Positions 9,559 to 17,589 of a stretch of 24,259 nt of DNA are shown in pieces. A model generated the notes under the pieces. That model had not been told where the DNA came from. It searched no databases and saw only the letters and a list, made by a program, of their open reading frames with translations. Position 1 is the stretch's first letter, and every line of letters starts with the position of its first letter. Source of the DNA: an uncultured Pseudomonadales bacterium (GTDB lineage Bacteria; Pseudomonadota; Alphaproteobacteria; UBA2136; JAPPOO01); assembly GCA_964506925.1 (NCBI GenBank), contig CAZDNZ010000001.1:826-25084 (forward strand). The letters run 5' to 3'. Made by a program: the position numbers and the translations under genes.

Positions 9559-10175
9559 TATACGTCGCTCCAAGCACCACCACTGGTATCAAAATAAGGA
9601 TCAGGGAAGGCGTCTTCGGTCACACTTGTTGCACTCGCATATTCAATTTTGAATATCGGAACGGGACGACTAAGGTTATCAACATAGTTCGAGTTACGGT
9701 ACGCACGAATATTAACCGAGGGCATAATGATGCTATTGTCGCTTATAGACCAAGAGATATTGCCCGAAACCGTGCATACAGGGGCAAATAGGACAACAAC
9801 GCCACCATCTGCGAGGTCTGCTAACATCTTCAGACCAAAATAAGGGAAAATCTTGTTAACTGGTGTACCGAACGTTCTGACTTCGCTTGAGCCAGAACCA
9901 CTAGTGCGGTATGAACCACCCGTTAAAACTGAATAAACAGAACCTTCGTGTGCCGACATAGAAAGGTTAATTTCTGTAAAGTCCAGTTTAGTATACGTAG
10001 CGTACAAGGAACCATCCCCTGGACGGTCGGCACTACGAACGGTTTCTGTGATGTCACCGCCTTGAAATAGAACTTGTACCGCAGTTCCGTATACATTGGT
10101 CGATCTAGTGTAAGGCGCTAGATAACATGCCCTTACATCAAAATCTTCAGCGCCATAAGAAAGGGTTGCAACCAT
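9558..10175 (-). CDS. Major tail (tube) protein (205 aa)
   Basis: Beta-rich ~200-aa ORF between the tail completion gene and the chaperones, with a good GGAG RBS 7 nt before the ATG and its own upstream intergenic promoter motif. Confidence 0.8.
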   Translation of the reverse strand: MVATLSYGAEDFDVRACYLAPYTRSTNVYGTAVQVLFQGGDITETVRSADRPGDGSLYATYTKLDFTEINLSMSAHEGSVYSVLTGGSYRTSGSGSSEVRTFGTPVNKIFPYFGLKMLADLADGGVVVLFAPVCTVSGNISWSISDNSIIMPSVNIRAYRNSNYVDNLSRPVPIFKIEYASATSVTEDAFPDPYFDTSGGAWSDV

Positions 10176-10206
10176 ATTTCGTCTCCATTAGACAAACATA
10201 TCACTG

Positions 10207-10224
10207 ACCCTTATTCTACCATAT
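10207..10224 (-). promoter_or_regulatory. Putative extended -10 promoter (ATATGG-TAGAAT-AAGGGT) for tail genes
   Basis: TGn-TAGAAT in the 68-nt intergenic gap; 17/18 identical to the motif at 13150-13167. Confidence 0.6.
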
Positions 10225-10243
10225 AAAATGACTAAACGTAAAA

Positions 10244-10720
10244 TCAAGTAGGGATATAGTAACCACGAACACGATAAAGCCCTACGATTGTATTAAATCG
10301 TTCGGTCAAACCCTTCATGCTTATGTCGTTTACATATTGTATCTTGTAACCACCAGTTATCTTTTTGTTCTCTAAGGCTGAGTAGACAGCCTGATTTCCG
10401 GTATGTAAAGTACCGAAGCCTACATGTTTGGCGTCATTCATGTGTACTTCGATCAACTGATTTAAGTCGATCCTATTGACAGCGCGTTCAAAACGATCAT
10501 CCAATCTTGTTTTTTGTCTCCCGTAAACGACAATTGTCGGCTGTAAAACCGCGTCCGCATCATAGACCCCATCGGGGGCGTTATCGTAGTTTAAGCCCTC
10601 AAAGCCAATATTAGAGGCCGTTGTTTCGGAATTGTACGCAAATATTCGTGTATCGAAAATATCAGTGACATCGCTATTTGCAAGCAACATGGTCACAACT
10701 TCACCTACGTAATCTCTCAT
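10244..10720 (-). CDS. Putative tail terminator / tail completion protein (158 aa)
   Basis: Directly upstream of the tail tube gene; TGATG overlap with the preceding gene; alpha/beta pattern (PTIVVYG...LIEVHM...). Assigned by position. Confidence 0.6.
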   Translation of the reverse strand: MRDYVGEVVTMLLANSDVTDIFDTRIFAYNSETTASNIGFEGLNYDNAPDGVYDADAVLQPTIVVYGRQKTRLDDRFERAVNRIDLNQLIEVHMNDAKHVGFGTLHTGNQAVYSALENKKITGGYKIQYVNDISMKGLTERFNTIVGLYRVRGYYIPT

Positions 10721-11292
10721 CAAGTTTTGCCCTTCCTTATTGCTTCTCTTATCTCTTGGAGTATATAAGGGGCGTAAATATCTCTTGTGGGTTTTATAAT
10801 AGCGAACGCACCGTAGTCCCCTGGTGAAGCATTGCTATTAGGACTTCTTTGCATCGTCTCTAGGAAGAACGGATAAAATTCACCCCTGTCATATAGATCA
10901 GGGGCATCAGTATCGTAACCCATAACTATCTGAATACGACCTTTTCGATCTACTGATTCCATTCTCGCAAACAGATTTCTTCGAGCCGCACCTGTTCTGT
11001 TCGTCCAGGGAGCAAAGGTTTTCATGTAGATTTCGACCTCTTCGGCAAGTTCGACCATACGACCTTTAGCCGCATCTACTTTGACACGCACCTTCATAGA
11101 GATACCAGCGACCACCAAACCAAAAGGGGTTTCCTCATGTTTAAAACGACGACTGGTTCTCATACCAGACTGTGCCGTTTGCTTAAAAGACCTCTCCCGA
11201 ATTGGCGTGGATGTAACACTACTCATCATTAGTCTATTCGGGGAAAATCTAGGTATATTCAGTTCAAATGTCACTGGATTTTTCTTAGGCAT
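10720..11292 (-). CDS. HK97 gp10-like neck / tail completion protein (190 aa)
   Basis: Motif APWTNRTGAARRNL...YPFFLE...AIIKPT matches the APWxDRTGxAR pattern of this family. Start placed at ATG 11292 (TAATG overlap). Confidence 0.7.
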   Translation of the reverse strand: MPKKNPVTFELNIPRFSPNRLMMSSVTSTPIRERSFKQTAQSGMRTSRRFKHEETPFGLVVAGISMKVRVKVDAAKGRMVELAEEVEIYMKTFAPWTNRTGAARRNLFARMESVDRKGRIQIVMGYDTDAPDLYDRGEFYPFFLETMQRSPNSNASPGDYGAFAIIKPTRDIYAPYILQEIREAIRKGKT

Positions 11293-11633
11293 TAAATGAC
11301 CTCGCATTTAGCCTGAATAGAAGCAGGAAAGTAATCTACGGATTGAACCTCTAATCGCATATTATTATAAACAAACGTATCGCCAATTTGTATATCGGCA
11401 TCGTCATCAGTCGGATGATTTCTTATGCCGAACAAATCGTATATCTTCTCATAAACGTTTATTTGCGGGGTAGAAGCACGGCTAGGATTCATTACGGTAG
11501 GTACACAAGCAAGCATCTGTGCTGCTTGTTTTACGCCCCCTTTTCGTACCAATACGATGCTTTCGCCGTAACGATCAATTAGATGTTTATGGAAAGTGGC
11601 TAATTTGGCTTTATCTAGTGTTCCTAATGACAT
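11292..11633 (-). CDS. Putative head closure (stopper) protein (113 aa)
   Basis: Size, position and the beta-rich C-terminus DIQIGDTFVYNNMRLEVQSV are typical of stopper proteins. Confidence 0.65.
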   Translation of the reverse strand: MSLGTLDKAKLATFHKHLIDRYGESIVLVRKGGVKQAAQMLACVPTVMNPSRASTPQINVYEKIYDLFGIRNHPTDDDADIQIGDTFVYNNMRLEVQSVDYFPASIQAKCEVI

Positions 11634-12058
11634 CAGGGGACATCTTCTTTACTCTCATCGTCAGTTAAACGACCTGTTCTATCATCTGGCATTTCATATT
11701 CTATAATGGGCCTTCTGCGGGACGCATTGCCTGAACTAATCAGGATACCCACATCTTTATTTATAGAATCAGTTAGTTCTTTTTCTGCCTGTTTTATGAG
11801 TCGTTCTATGTTCCCCAAGCGTTGAGATAGCTTTTCCGATATATCGCCCATTTTTACATCCACGTCTGAGTAAAATTCAGCAGACTTGTTGAGCCAGTAT
11901 TCGTGAACAATCCAGGCAGATATCGTGCGATTACTTTTCCCCGGTAGTTCCCCCGTACCCTCATCCCACAAATCATCTATTTCTTGATCGGTAAGGGTAG
12001 TGACTGTCGTATTTGTCTTGCGTCTTATCCTCGTGACATATAAGCTAGGCGCTGGCAT
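11633..12058 (-). CDS. Putative head-tail adaptor protein (141 aa)
   Basis: Helical protein (RIRRKT...LTDQEIDDLW...DVKMGDISEKLSQ) in the first connector position after the capsid region. Confidence 0.6.
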   Translation of the reverse strand: MPAPSLYVTRIRRKTNTTVTTLTDQEIDDLWDEGTGELPGKSNRTISAWIVHEYWLNKSAEFYSDVDVKMGDISEKLSQRLGNIERLIKQAEKELTDSINKDVGILISSGNASRRRPIIEYEMPDDRTGRLTDDESKEDVP

Positions 12059-13115
12059 CTACTATCCCTTTATAAATATCCATTACTCGTGAAGAGAAAA
12101 AATCCCATCTGTAGTTTTTACGAACCCATTCTGCCTTTTCGTATCTGTTTTCAGCACTCATGTCCCAAGTTTCATATACCCATTTCAGAGTATCTGCGGC
12201 TGACGCGACATCTATCTTTGCCCATTGATCTTCGGGGTCCACAAGTGTGCCTCTCATCATGTGATTTTCGTACCAAGCGGGTTCGAGTTCTGTTACTGCA
12301 ACAGGGTATCCCCAAGAGCGAATATCGTCAGCAGTTCCACCCCAATCCAGAGAAATAGCCGCGCCCCCTGTTGCCGCAAACTCTCTGGGAGGAAGTCCAA
12401 AACCTTCCCTTCCTAAATACAACATAGCGTGACAAGAATGATAAAGGTCCTTCATTTGCGAATTGCTGTAATCTTCTGCTATCAATGTGATATTTTCGTC
12501 TTTTGGCAGGGCAGTATATTCTATGACATCACCCGCATCGTCTTTTATAGAAAAAAGGTTCCCTTTCGCTCTGGTCTTTAAAACAACTTCTATATCGGGA
12601 TTATTTTGTCCAAATACAGTCCCTATTGTCATTAAAGACTCGAACCAGCCACGCCTACCACCTCTATCTAAAATAACCAATATCCTAAATGGCTTGTCAT
12701 TAGGTCTTGTTCTATATTCTTTATAGATTTCGTCTATACCCAACGGGACACTGTAAATAGGGGTGCTTACTCCATTATCTTCAAACCATTGCTTCGGTTC
12801 TGATGCGCTTACTACAACAGCAGCAGAACTATTCAGAGGTTCGACCCATCCTTCGGGTAATTTTGTGCTTTCATAGGTTGTGATCCACATTCTAGGACCA
12901 GCGTATTTATTCAACGGGTATTCGTTATACTGAGTGGGATAACCCATAAGAATACCCCCTATAGACGGGACGTAAGGTGTCGCGTAATCCATGTCATTAC
13001 TGAGCAGGTTTACATGTAAGCCCTGCTTACGCATGTGATCTGCTACATGAAACGACCAGATTCCATAGCTATCATTCAGGTCTTGATTGGGGGTTAGTAT
13101 GCTGACTACTTCCAT
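12045..13115 (-). CDS. GT4-family (GT-B) glycosyltransferase, 356 aa
   Basis: Contains YESTKLPEGW, an intact E-x7-E motif (EGFGLPPRE) followed by ATGGAAISLDWGG, and no transmembrane helix. Start taken as ATG 13115; the track start is TTG 13136. Confidence 0.88.
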   Translation of the reverse strand: MEVVSILTPNQDLNDSYGIWSFHVADHMRKQGLHVNLLSNDMDYATPYVPSIGGILMGYPTQYNEYPLNKYAGPRMWITTYESTKLPEGWVEPLNSSAAVVVSASEPKQWFEDNGVSTPIYSVPLGIDEIYKEYRTRPNDKPFRILVILDRGGRRGWFESLMTIGTVFGQNNPDIEVVLKTRAKGNLFSIKDDAGDVIEYTALPKDENITLIAEDYSNSQMKDLYHSCHAMLYLGREGFGLPPREFAATGGAAISLDWGGTADDIRSWGYPVAVTELEPAWYENHMMRGTLVDPEDQWAKIDVASAADTLKWVYETWDMSAENRYEKAEWVRKNYRWDFFSSRVMDIYKGIVDASA

Positions 13116-13124
13116 TTTATATCC

Positions 13125-13155
13125 AAACACAAACAAGGGTACATTTAGTACCCTT
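13125..13155 (-). terminator. Putative intrinsic terminator downstream of the major capsid gene
   Basis: Perfect 8-bp stem AAGGGTAC-TAAAT-GTACCCTT followed by T-rich GTTTGTGTTT on the minus strand, about 26 nt after the capsid stop. The U-tract is imperfect. Confidence 0.55.
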
Positions 13156-13167
13156 ATTCTAGCATAT
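13150..13167 (-). promoter_or_regulatory. Putative extended -10 promoter (ATATGC-TAGAAT-AAGGGT) upstream of the GT4 and connector genes
   Basis: TGn-TAGAAT in an intergenic gap; 17/18 identical to 10207-10224. Confidence 0.6.
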
Positions 13168-13181
13168 TTGTATAGTGGTTT

Positions 13182-14390
13182 CTAAGTCAGACTTGGGAGT
13201 GTGATCTCTTGTACAGAGCGTGTGGTATCAGTGTAAACACCGAACTCGGTTGTGTAGGCTTGTGTCAAAGCAATTCTGCGACGAACATCTGAATTTTCAT
13301 CTTCCTTCATCTGCATCTCTACGCGGATGAAGCATTGTAGGTCAACGTCACGATTACCCGTATGAATCAGGTAAGCAGTACCTTGCGAAACACCCGTATA
13401 TGTGGTTGTTTCGTTGTTCATCGTACCTTGCCAACCATCATAGGCGACAATTTGCGAGACGTTGAATGGGGAAAGCTTATTCACAAGCTGAACGTCATAG
13501 CCCTCTTGCGGAACTGGCCGTGCAATCGCGTTAACGATATTGGCGTAATCAGCCATTGAGCATAGCAGTACATATGGACCTCTGCGCGGATTCACATCGT
13601 CGTTGATACTATCCTGAATGCCCTGATAGATAGTGGATGCGATTTTCTCTTGATTGGTAGCGCCTGTCGAAACAGCACTCGTGGCATTGTTGCCCGTATA
13701 CGACGCGCTGATAATCGGATCGAAATGCTTATCGTTCATCAAAGCATTATGGGCCTTACCTACTTCGCGGACAATAGGACCCATTTCCCAGGCACGATTG
13801 CTACGCATCATCTTTTCAGTAAGGATCACCGAAACACCGTAGTCACGAATGCGGATTGTATGTTGACGTTCTTTTATATCAATCGTCGGGATGGATTCGG
13901 TATCTACAATTTGTTCCCATACAACACCGACATTGCCGCGAACATTTACCGTAATGACATCTTCCAGGTTAGGGTCACGAACCATGTTATAAACGCCATC
14001 GAAAAGGATGGGATTTTCGTCACGTCCCGCATCCAAGTAGAACATGCGTTGTTTACGGAAGTCTGCCAAAAATTGCCCTGTGCTAATTGCGCCACTGGCG
14101 GCTTCGGTTAGATTCTTTACGCGATTTTCGTCAACAATCGCGTATTTTTCCCCACCCACCCGTTCGATCTTGAATACTTCGTAAAAACCTTTCGGGACAA
14201 TGGGATTGGGAATACGACCAGCTTCATATGCGTCGATGAAATGCCGCATGTTGCTTTCCCACAAAGCACGTGTTTGCGGATTTCTAGCCGCAATGCCTTG
14301 TGGACCCATGTTATATTCTGCTTCGGCCCTCGCCAGTTTGCGACGAACCTTTTGGTCATATAGCGTCTGTGAAGTTACTAAGCGTGTCAT
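13182..14390 (-). CDS. Major capsid protein (HK97 fold, Mu gpT-like), 402 aa
   Basis: Position after cement and protease. Contains LTEA...STGQF near the N-terminus and HTIRIRDYGVSVILTEKMMRSN...IVREVGKAHNALMND, matching the typical YG...TxEMIxND pattern, plus a C-terminal TTEFGVY strand. Confidence 0.88.
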   Translation of the reverse strand: MTRLVTSQTLYDQKVRRKLARAEAEYNMGPQGIAARNPQTRALWESNMRHFIDAYEAGRIPNPIVPKGFYEVFKIERVGGEKYAIVDENRVKNLTEAASGAISTGQFLADFRKQRMFYLDAGRDENPILFDGVYNMVRDPNLEDVITVNVRGNVGVVWEQIVDTESIPTIDIKERQHTIRIRDYGVSVILTEKMMRSNRAWEMGPIVREVGKAHNALMNDKHFDPIISASYTGNNATSAVSTGATNQEKIASTIYQGIQDSINDDVNPRRGPYVLLCSMADYANIVNAIARPVPQEGYDVQLVNKLSPFNVSQIVAYDGWQGTMNNETTTYTGVSQGTAYLIHTGNRDVDLQCFIRVEMQMKEDENSDVRRRIALTQAYTTEFGVYTDTTRSVQEITLPSLT

Positions 14391-14786
14391 TTATGCACCA
14401 CCTGTCGGATTCAAGAAACCTTCAACAAAGTTAGAGGCATCTTTTGTAGCTGTCACTTTCAATAGTGGGTAGTTTGTCGATGCGGTAAGCGTATAAGCAG
14501 CGTCGGGGGGGACATGAGCGCTTGTTATTGCAGACAAGTCTAAATAAAGAACCTGCCCGATAGCGGGATCAAGCGAAGCGGGAATCTGCAATCTCACCAA
14601 ACCAGCGTTCATATTCAGCGAAACTTGTTCGCCGCTATCGCCGCTTCTAGTTGGAATGCCTACCAAAGCATAGCTTGTACCACCGATGCTTGCCAAGCGA
14701 CTAGGATCAACGCTATATTCCAGGCTTACGCTGTTTTCGACTGCAAATTCCTGGGGTTTCTTTACGAATACTGTTCCTACAGCCAT
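14391..14786 (-). CDS. Capsid cement / decoration protein (beta-tulip, DUF2190-like), 131 aa
   Basis: Small Gly/Ala-rich beta protein between protease and capsid genes: LVGIPTRSGDSGEQVSL...IGQVLYLD. Confidence 0.75.
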   Translation of the reverse strand: MAVGTVFVKKPQEFAVENSVSLEYSVDPSRLASIGGTSYALVGIPTRSGDSGEQVSLNMNAGLVRLQIPASLDPAIGQVLYLDLSAITSAHVPPDAAYTLTASTNYPLLKVTATKDASNFVEGFLNPTGGA

Positions 14787-14795
14787 TAGGTTCTC

Positions 14796-16169
14796 CTATG
14801 CTAAAAATATAAGCGAAGATTCGGCAAAGTCTGTTTCTTCCTCGGAAGTTTCAGCTTGCTTTTCTTCTAGCGTCTTGTTTTCGCTGACGACTGGTGGACC
14901 AACCGATTGAGCAAGCGCAATCTTAATTAGGCGCTGACCGAAGTCCGACTCTTTTACGGTGTTCCATGCGTTTTCGACTTCTAGGCGTGTTGTCGGTTCA
15001 TGCGTCCAAACGCTAGAAACCAACACGTTAGCAATTTCTTCGCTGCCTTCGGGAAGGCTCCCACTTACCGTCGATAGCACATTCGATTCGAGAAGTTCTT
15101 TATTTTCATCAGCCATCGAACGTACTTCTATTTGCAATCCCTGAACGTGACTAGCCAGTTTAGAACTATCGTCAATACCAAGCATGTCCATAACAACATT
15201 GACTCTTTTATTGAGCGTGTTGTATTTTTCTTGTATTTGTTCTAGTTCCAGAACGCGCTTTTCCATTTCAAGGATGTCTTGTGTCTTTTCTACATTTTCT
15301 GACATCTTCTTATCCTCGTATTTTTTAGATTTAGCTTCTTGATCTACGACATTGAATGCTTCATGAGGATTGACGGATTCGGCACGGTGCCCTACCAGGG
15401 TATCTGTTCTCTGGAAACCGCCTTCTGTTTTTCTGTACACGCGGATGAGTAATGCTGGATTATCATCGTCCGCGTTTAGGGTTACATCCGCGTCGGGAAC
15501 ATTTAACGTACCTGACCTAACAATACGTTCGATTCTCCCGTATGCTGTACCACCAGAACTTCCCCATTGCACATCTCTGCCGACTCTCATCTGATCTTTC
15601 GACAAAGCCTCTGTTATATGTGGTACAACCGCCATTGTTGGTATTCCGGCTAGGGATGGTTCAACCATGTCGATTCTCTCTACCTTTAAGTTTCGGACTC
15701 GGTTTTCCTCATCTATTGTGCCTCGACCCAATATGGAAGTTGCAATCTTACCATTTAACGCCTTAGCTGTAGCGCACGACGCTCGTATCGCTTTAGCATG
15801 AGGGTAAATGTACGCTACTCCGAATAATTCACCCGTGTTTTCGTCTAATTCTACGTTCAGCCACCGCATGACTGTTTCCTGATAACCACTGACTCTGTTA
15901 TCTGAAGGATGACCCGCAGCCCCTTCAACCCGATCCATGATCGCATCACGAATCGCTATAACACTATCCATCTCATAAATCCGGTTATTATGAGAGTAGC
16001 TACCAGCTTCCGCAACTTTCAGGTGAATAAACATCGGAGACGAATCGTTTAATGTCTTGCGAACATATTCCCGAAAACCCTCTGGAATAGGAACTTCTCT
16101 AAACGCAGATTGCGTCATAGAGGTACTCATCTCAATGATTATTTGATCTTGGGAAATATCGCTATCCAT
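14796..16169 (-). CDS. Prohead protease / scaffold fusion with an inserted Tudor/SH3-like domain (457 aa)
   Basis: Protease motifs SHNNRIY, AGHP (His), TSILGRG (Ser) and IDMVEPS (Asp), followed by an SH3-like block and a coiled-coil/helical scaffold region. Start placed at ATG 16169 (GGAG 6 nt upstream); the track start 16211 adds an AT-rich, non-protein-like leader. Confidence 0.85.
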   Translation of the reverse strand: MDSDISQDQIIIEMSTSMTQSAFREVPIPEGFREYVRKTLNDSSPMFIHLKVAEAGSYSHNNRIYEMDSVIAIRDAIMDRVEGAAGHPSDNRVSGYQETVMRWLNVELDENTGELFGVAYIYPHAKAIRASCATAKALNGKIATSILGRGTIDEENRVRNLKVERIDMVEPSLAGIPTMAVVPHITEALSKDQMRVGRDVQWGSSGGTAYGRIERIVRSGTLNVPDADVTLNADDDNPALLIRVYRKTEGGFQRTDTLVGHRAESVNPHEAFNVVDQEAKSKKYEDKKMSENVEKTQDILEMEKRVLELEQIQEKYNTLNKRVNVVMDMLGIDDSSKLASHVQGLQIEVRSMADENKELLESNVLSTVSGSLPEGSEEIANVLVSSVWTHEPTTRLEVENAWNTVKESDFGQRLIKIALAQSVGPPVVSENKTLEEKQAETSEEETDFAESSLIFLA

Positions 16170-16316
16170 TAAACGCTCCGATTGGACCTTATATATAATA
16201 TATACTATCATAGAAACCTTCTTTTTTGCAAATTGACCCTTGTTTTGCCAACTTTGATGGTTACAATAGCGCCAGAATGTTGACCACCATTGCAGTCTCT
16301 TTCGAGGCTTCTATGG

Positions 16317-16356
16317 ATTTCGACCCGTTCTGTATTGTTATAGAATGGGTCGAAAT
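16317..16356. repeat. 18-bp inverted repeat / hairpin in the divergent intergenic region
   Basis: ATTTCGACCCGTTCTGTA-TTGT-TATAGAATGGGTCGAAAT: 16 Watson-Crick pairs plus 2 G:T pairs on the + strand. Confidence 0.85.
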
Positions 16357-16399
16357 GCGATTAGTCTGCCTGTAACATATTAAAGACAGGGAATGATAT

Positions 16400-16951
16400 A
16401 TGGTAAACAAACAAAATACAAACTTCCAGCACGCTAATTTGTACAAAAAGGACATGCGAGGATGGAATCTAAAAGGTTGCGATATGACAGGTGCCTTTTT
16501 GATATATGCCAATCTGATGTATGCAGACCTAACGGGTGCAAACCTAAAAGAGGCTAGCTTTTACAATGCTAATCTGACAAATGCTAATTTGCAAAAGGTC
16601 AAGCTACAAAGGGCATACATGGGACACGCAAACCTAACAAACGCCGACTTAACGGGTGCAAACCTGACTCATGCTTTTTTGCAAAAGACCATCCTGACGG
16701 GCGCTGACCTGACGACTGCTAATCTGCAAAACACTAAGATGTTCGGCGCTAAGCTAAGAGGTGCAAACCTAACAAGCGCCAATCTAAAAGACGTAGACTT
16801 GTTTGGGGCTAATCTATCGGGTGCAAACCTGACAAACGCAAAGATGCAAAATACAGACATGTCGTTCGCAGACCTGAGAGGGGCCATCCTGACAGGTGTG
16901 AATTTAGAGGGCCTCATTCTGCACGGGGCAAAAATGCCTGACGATGAATAG
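16400..16951 (+). CDS. Pentapeptide-repeat protein (183 aa)
   Basis: Nearly the whole protein is A(D/N)LxX pentapeptide repeats (ANLYK, ADLTG, ANLKE, ANLTN...). AGGGA RBS-like sequence upstream. Confidence 0.95.
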   Translation: MVNKQNTNFQHANLYKKDMRGWNLKGCDMTGAFLIYANLMYADLTGANLKEASFYNANLTNANLQKVKLQRAYMGHANLTNADLTGANLTHAFLQKTILTGADLTTANLQNTKMFGAKLRGANLTSANLKDVDLFGANLSGANLTNAKMQNTDMSFADLRGAILTGVNLEGLILHGAKMPDDE

Positions 16952-16978
16952 TAAGATATTAGTGAGGAATAAGCAATC

Positions 16979-17344
16979 GTGAATGATATAGACACAGGGC
17001 AATTCAAAACAATTTTGGAAATTGATAGAGATTTTGACTATGATGTGTACAGCACGACATATATAGGCAGGGATTATCGTTTCCGCGCCCTATGGGTACG
17101 TCATACGGACATTCTCTCAATGCGTTATGGTTACTATGGGGACCCCTGCTCACAACATGAGAACCTTAAGGTAACAACCAGTGAAAGGATACATGGTCGT
17201 ACACACCCGATGTTTGGCTCATATCCAACCTTGAAACAAGCATTGATGTATAGCTGTCGGAGTATGCGTGAAAAATACCGACACGCGGTAAATGTACACA
17301 AAGAGATGTGTGAGTCCGAAGCCTACGGCGAGATATTGGGGTAA
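16979..17344 (+). CDS. Hypothetical protein (121 aa), co-oriented with the pentapeptide gene
   Basis: GTG start with GAGGA about 10 nt upstream; fills an otherwise empty gap; protein-like composition. Confidence 0.7.
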   Translation: MNDIDTGQFKTILEIDRDFDYDVYSTTYIGRDYRFRALWVRHTDILSMRYGYYGDPCSQHENLKVTTSERIHGRTHPMFGSYPTLKQALMYSCRSMREKYRHAVNVHKEMCESEAYGEILG

Positions 17345-17391
17345 ATACCAGACAATTCTTGAAAAGCACCTAGAACTAATTGACTGAAAAA

Positions 17392-17589
17392 TTAGTCGTC
17401 CCAATCGAAGTCTATCTCAGATATAAACTCTATATCTTCGGCTTCGAACATGATTTCTACTAATTTTGAAAATTCAAAACCGCACCTATCGCACACCCAT
17501 GCGGTAGGTATGATCCTATCGCCAAAGTTAAGCCATTCTGTTTCACGCGGGGTATTTCTTTTGCAACGAGGACATTCTTTAGTTTTCAT
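17392..17589 (-). CDS. Small zinc-ribbon protein (65 aa)
   Basis: CPRC...CDRC motif with an acidic C-terminus; TGATG overlap with the upstream gene. Confidence 0.75.
   Translation of the reverse strand: MKTKECPRCKRNTPRETEWLNFGDRIIPTAWVCDRCGFEFSKLVEIMFEAEDIEFISEIDFDWDD

Noticed and set aside
10161-10212. AAGGGT/ACCCTT pairing that could enclose the tail tube RBS and start codon
   Set aside because: Only 6 bp across a 40-nt loop, which is expected by chance.
16530-16840. Recurring GGTGCAAACCT DNA repeats resembling a short array
   Set aside because: They are the in-frame G-A-N-L codons of the pentapeptide protein; repeats are too short and spacing is not CRISPR-like.
16261-17007. Minus-strand ORFs 16669-17007 (repetitive FAPVR/LAP) and 16261-16512
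   Set aside because: The periodicity is simply the reverse complement of the pentapeptide codons, so these are not independent genes.
17375-17396. ACTAATT/AATTAGT inverted repeat between convergent genes as a bidirectional terminator
   Set aside because: A 7-bp AT-rich stem with an 8-nt loop is too weak to call.
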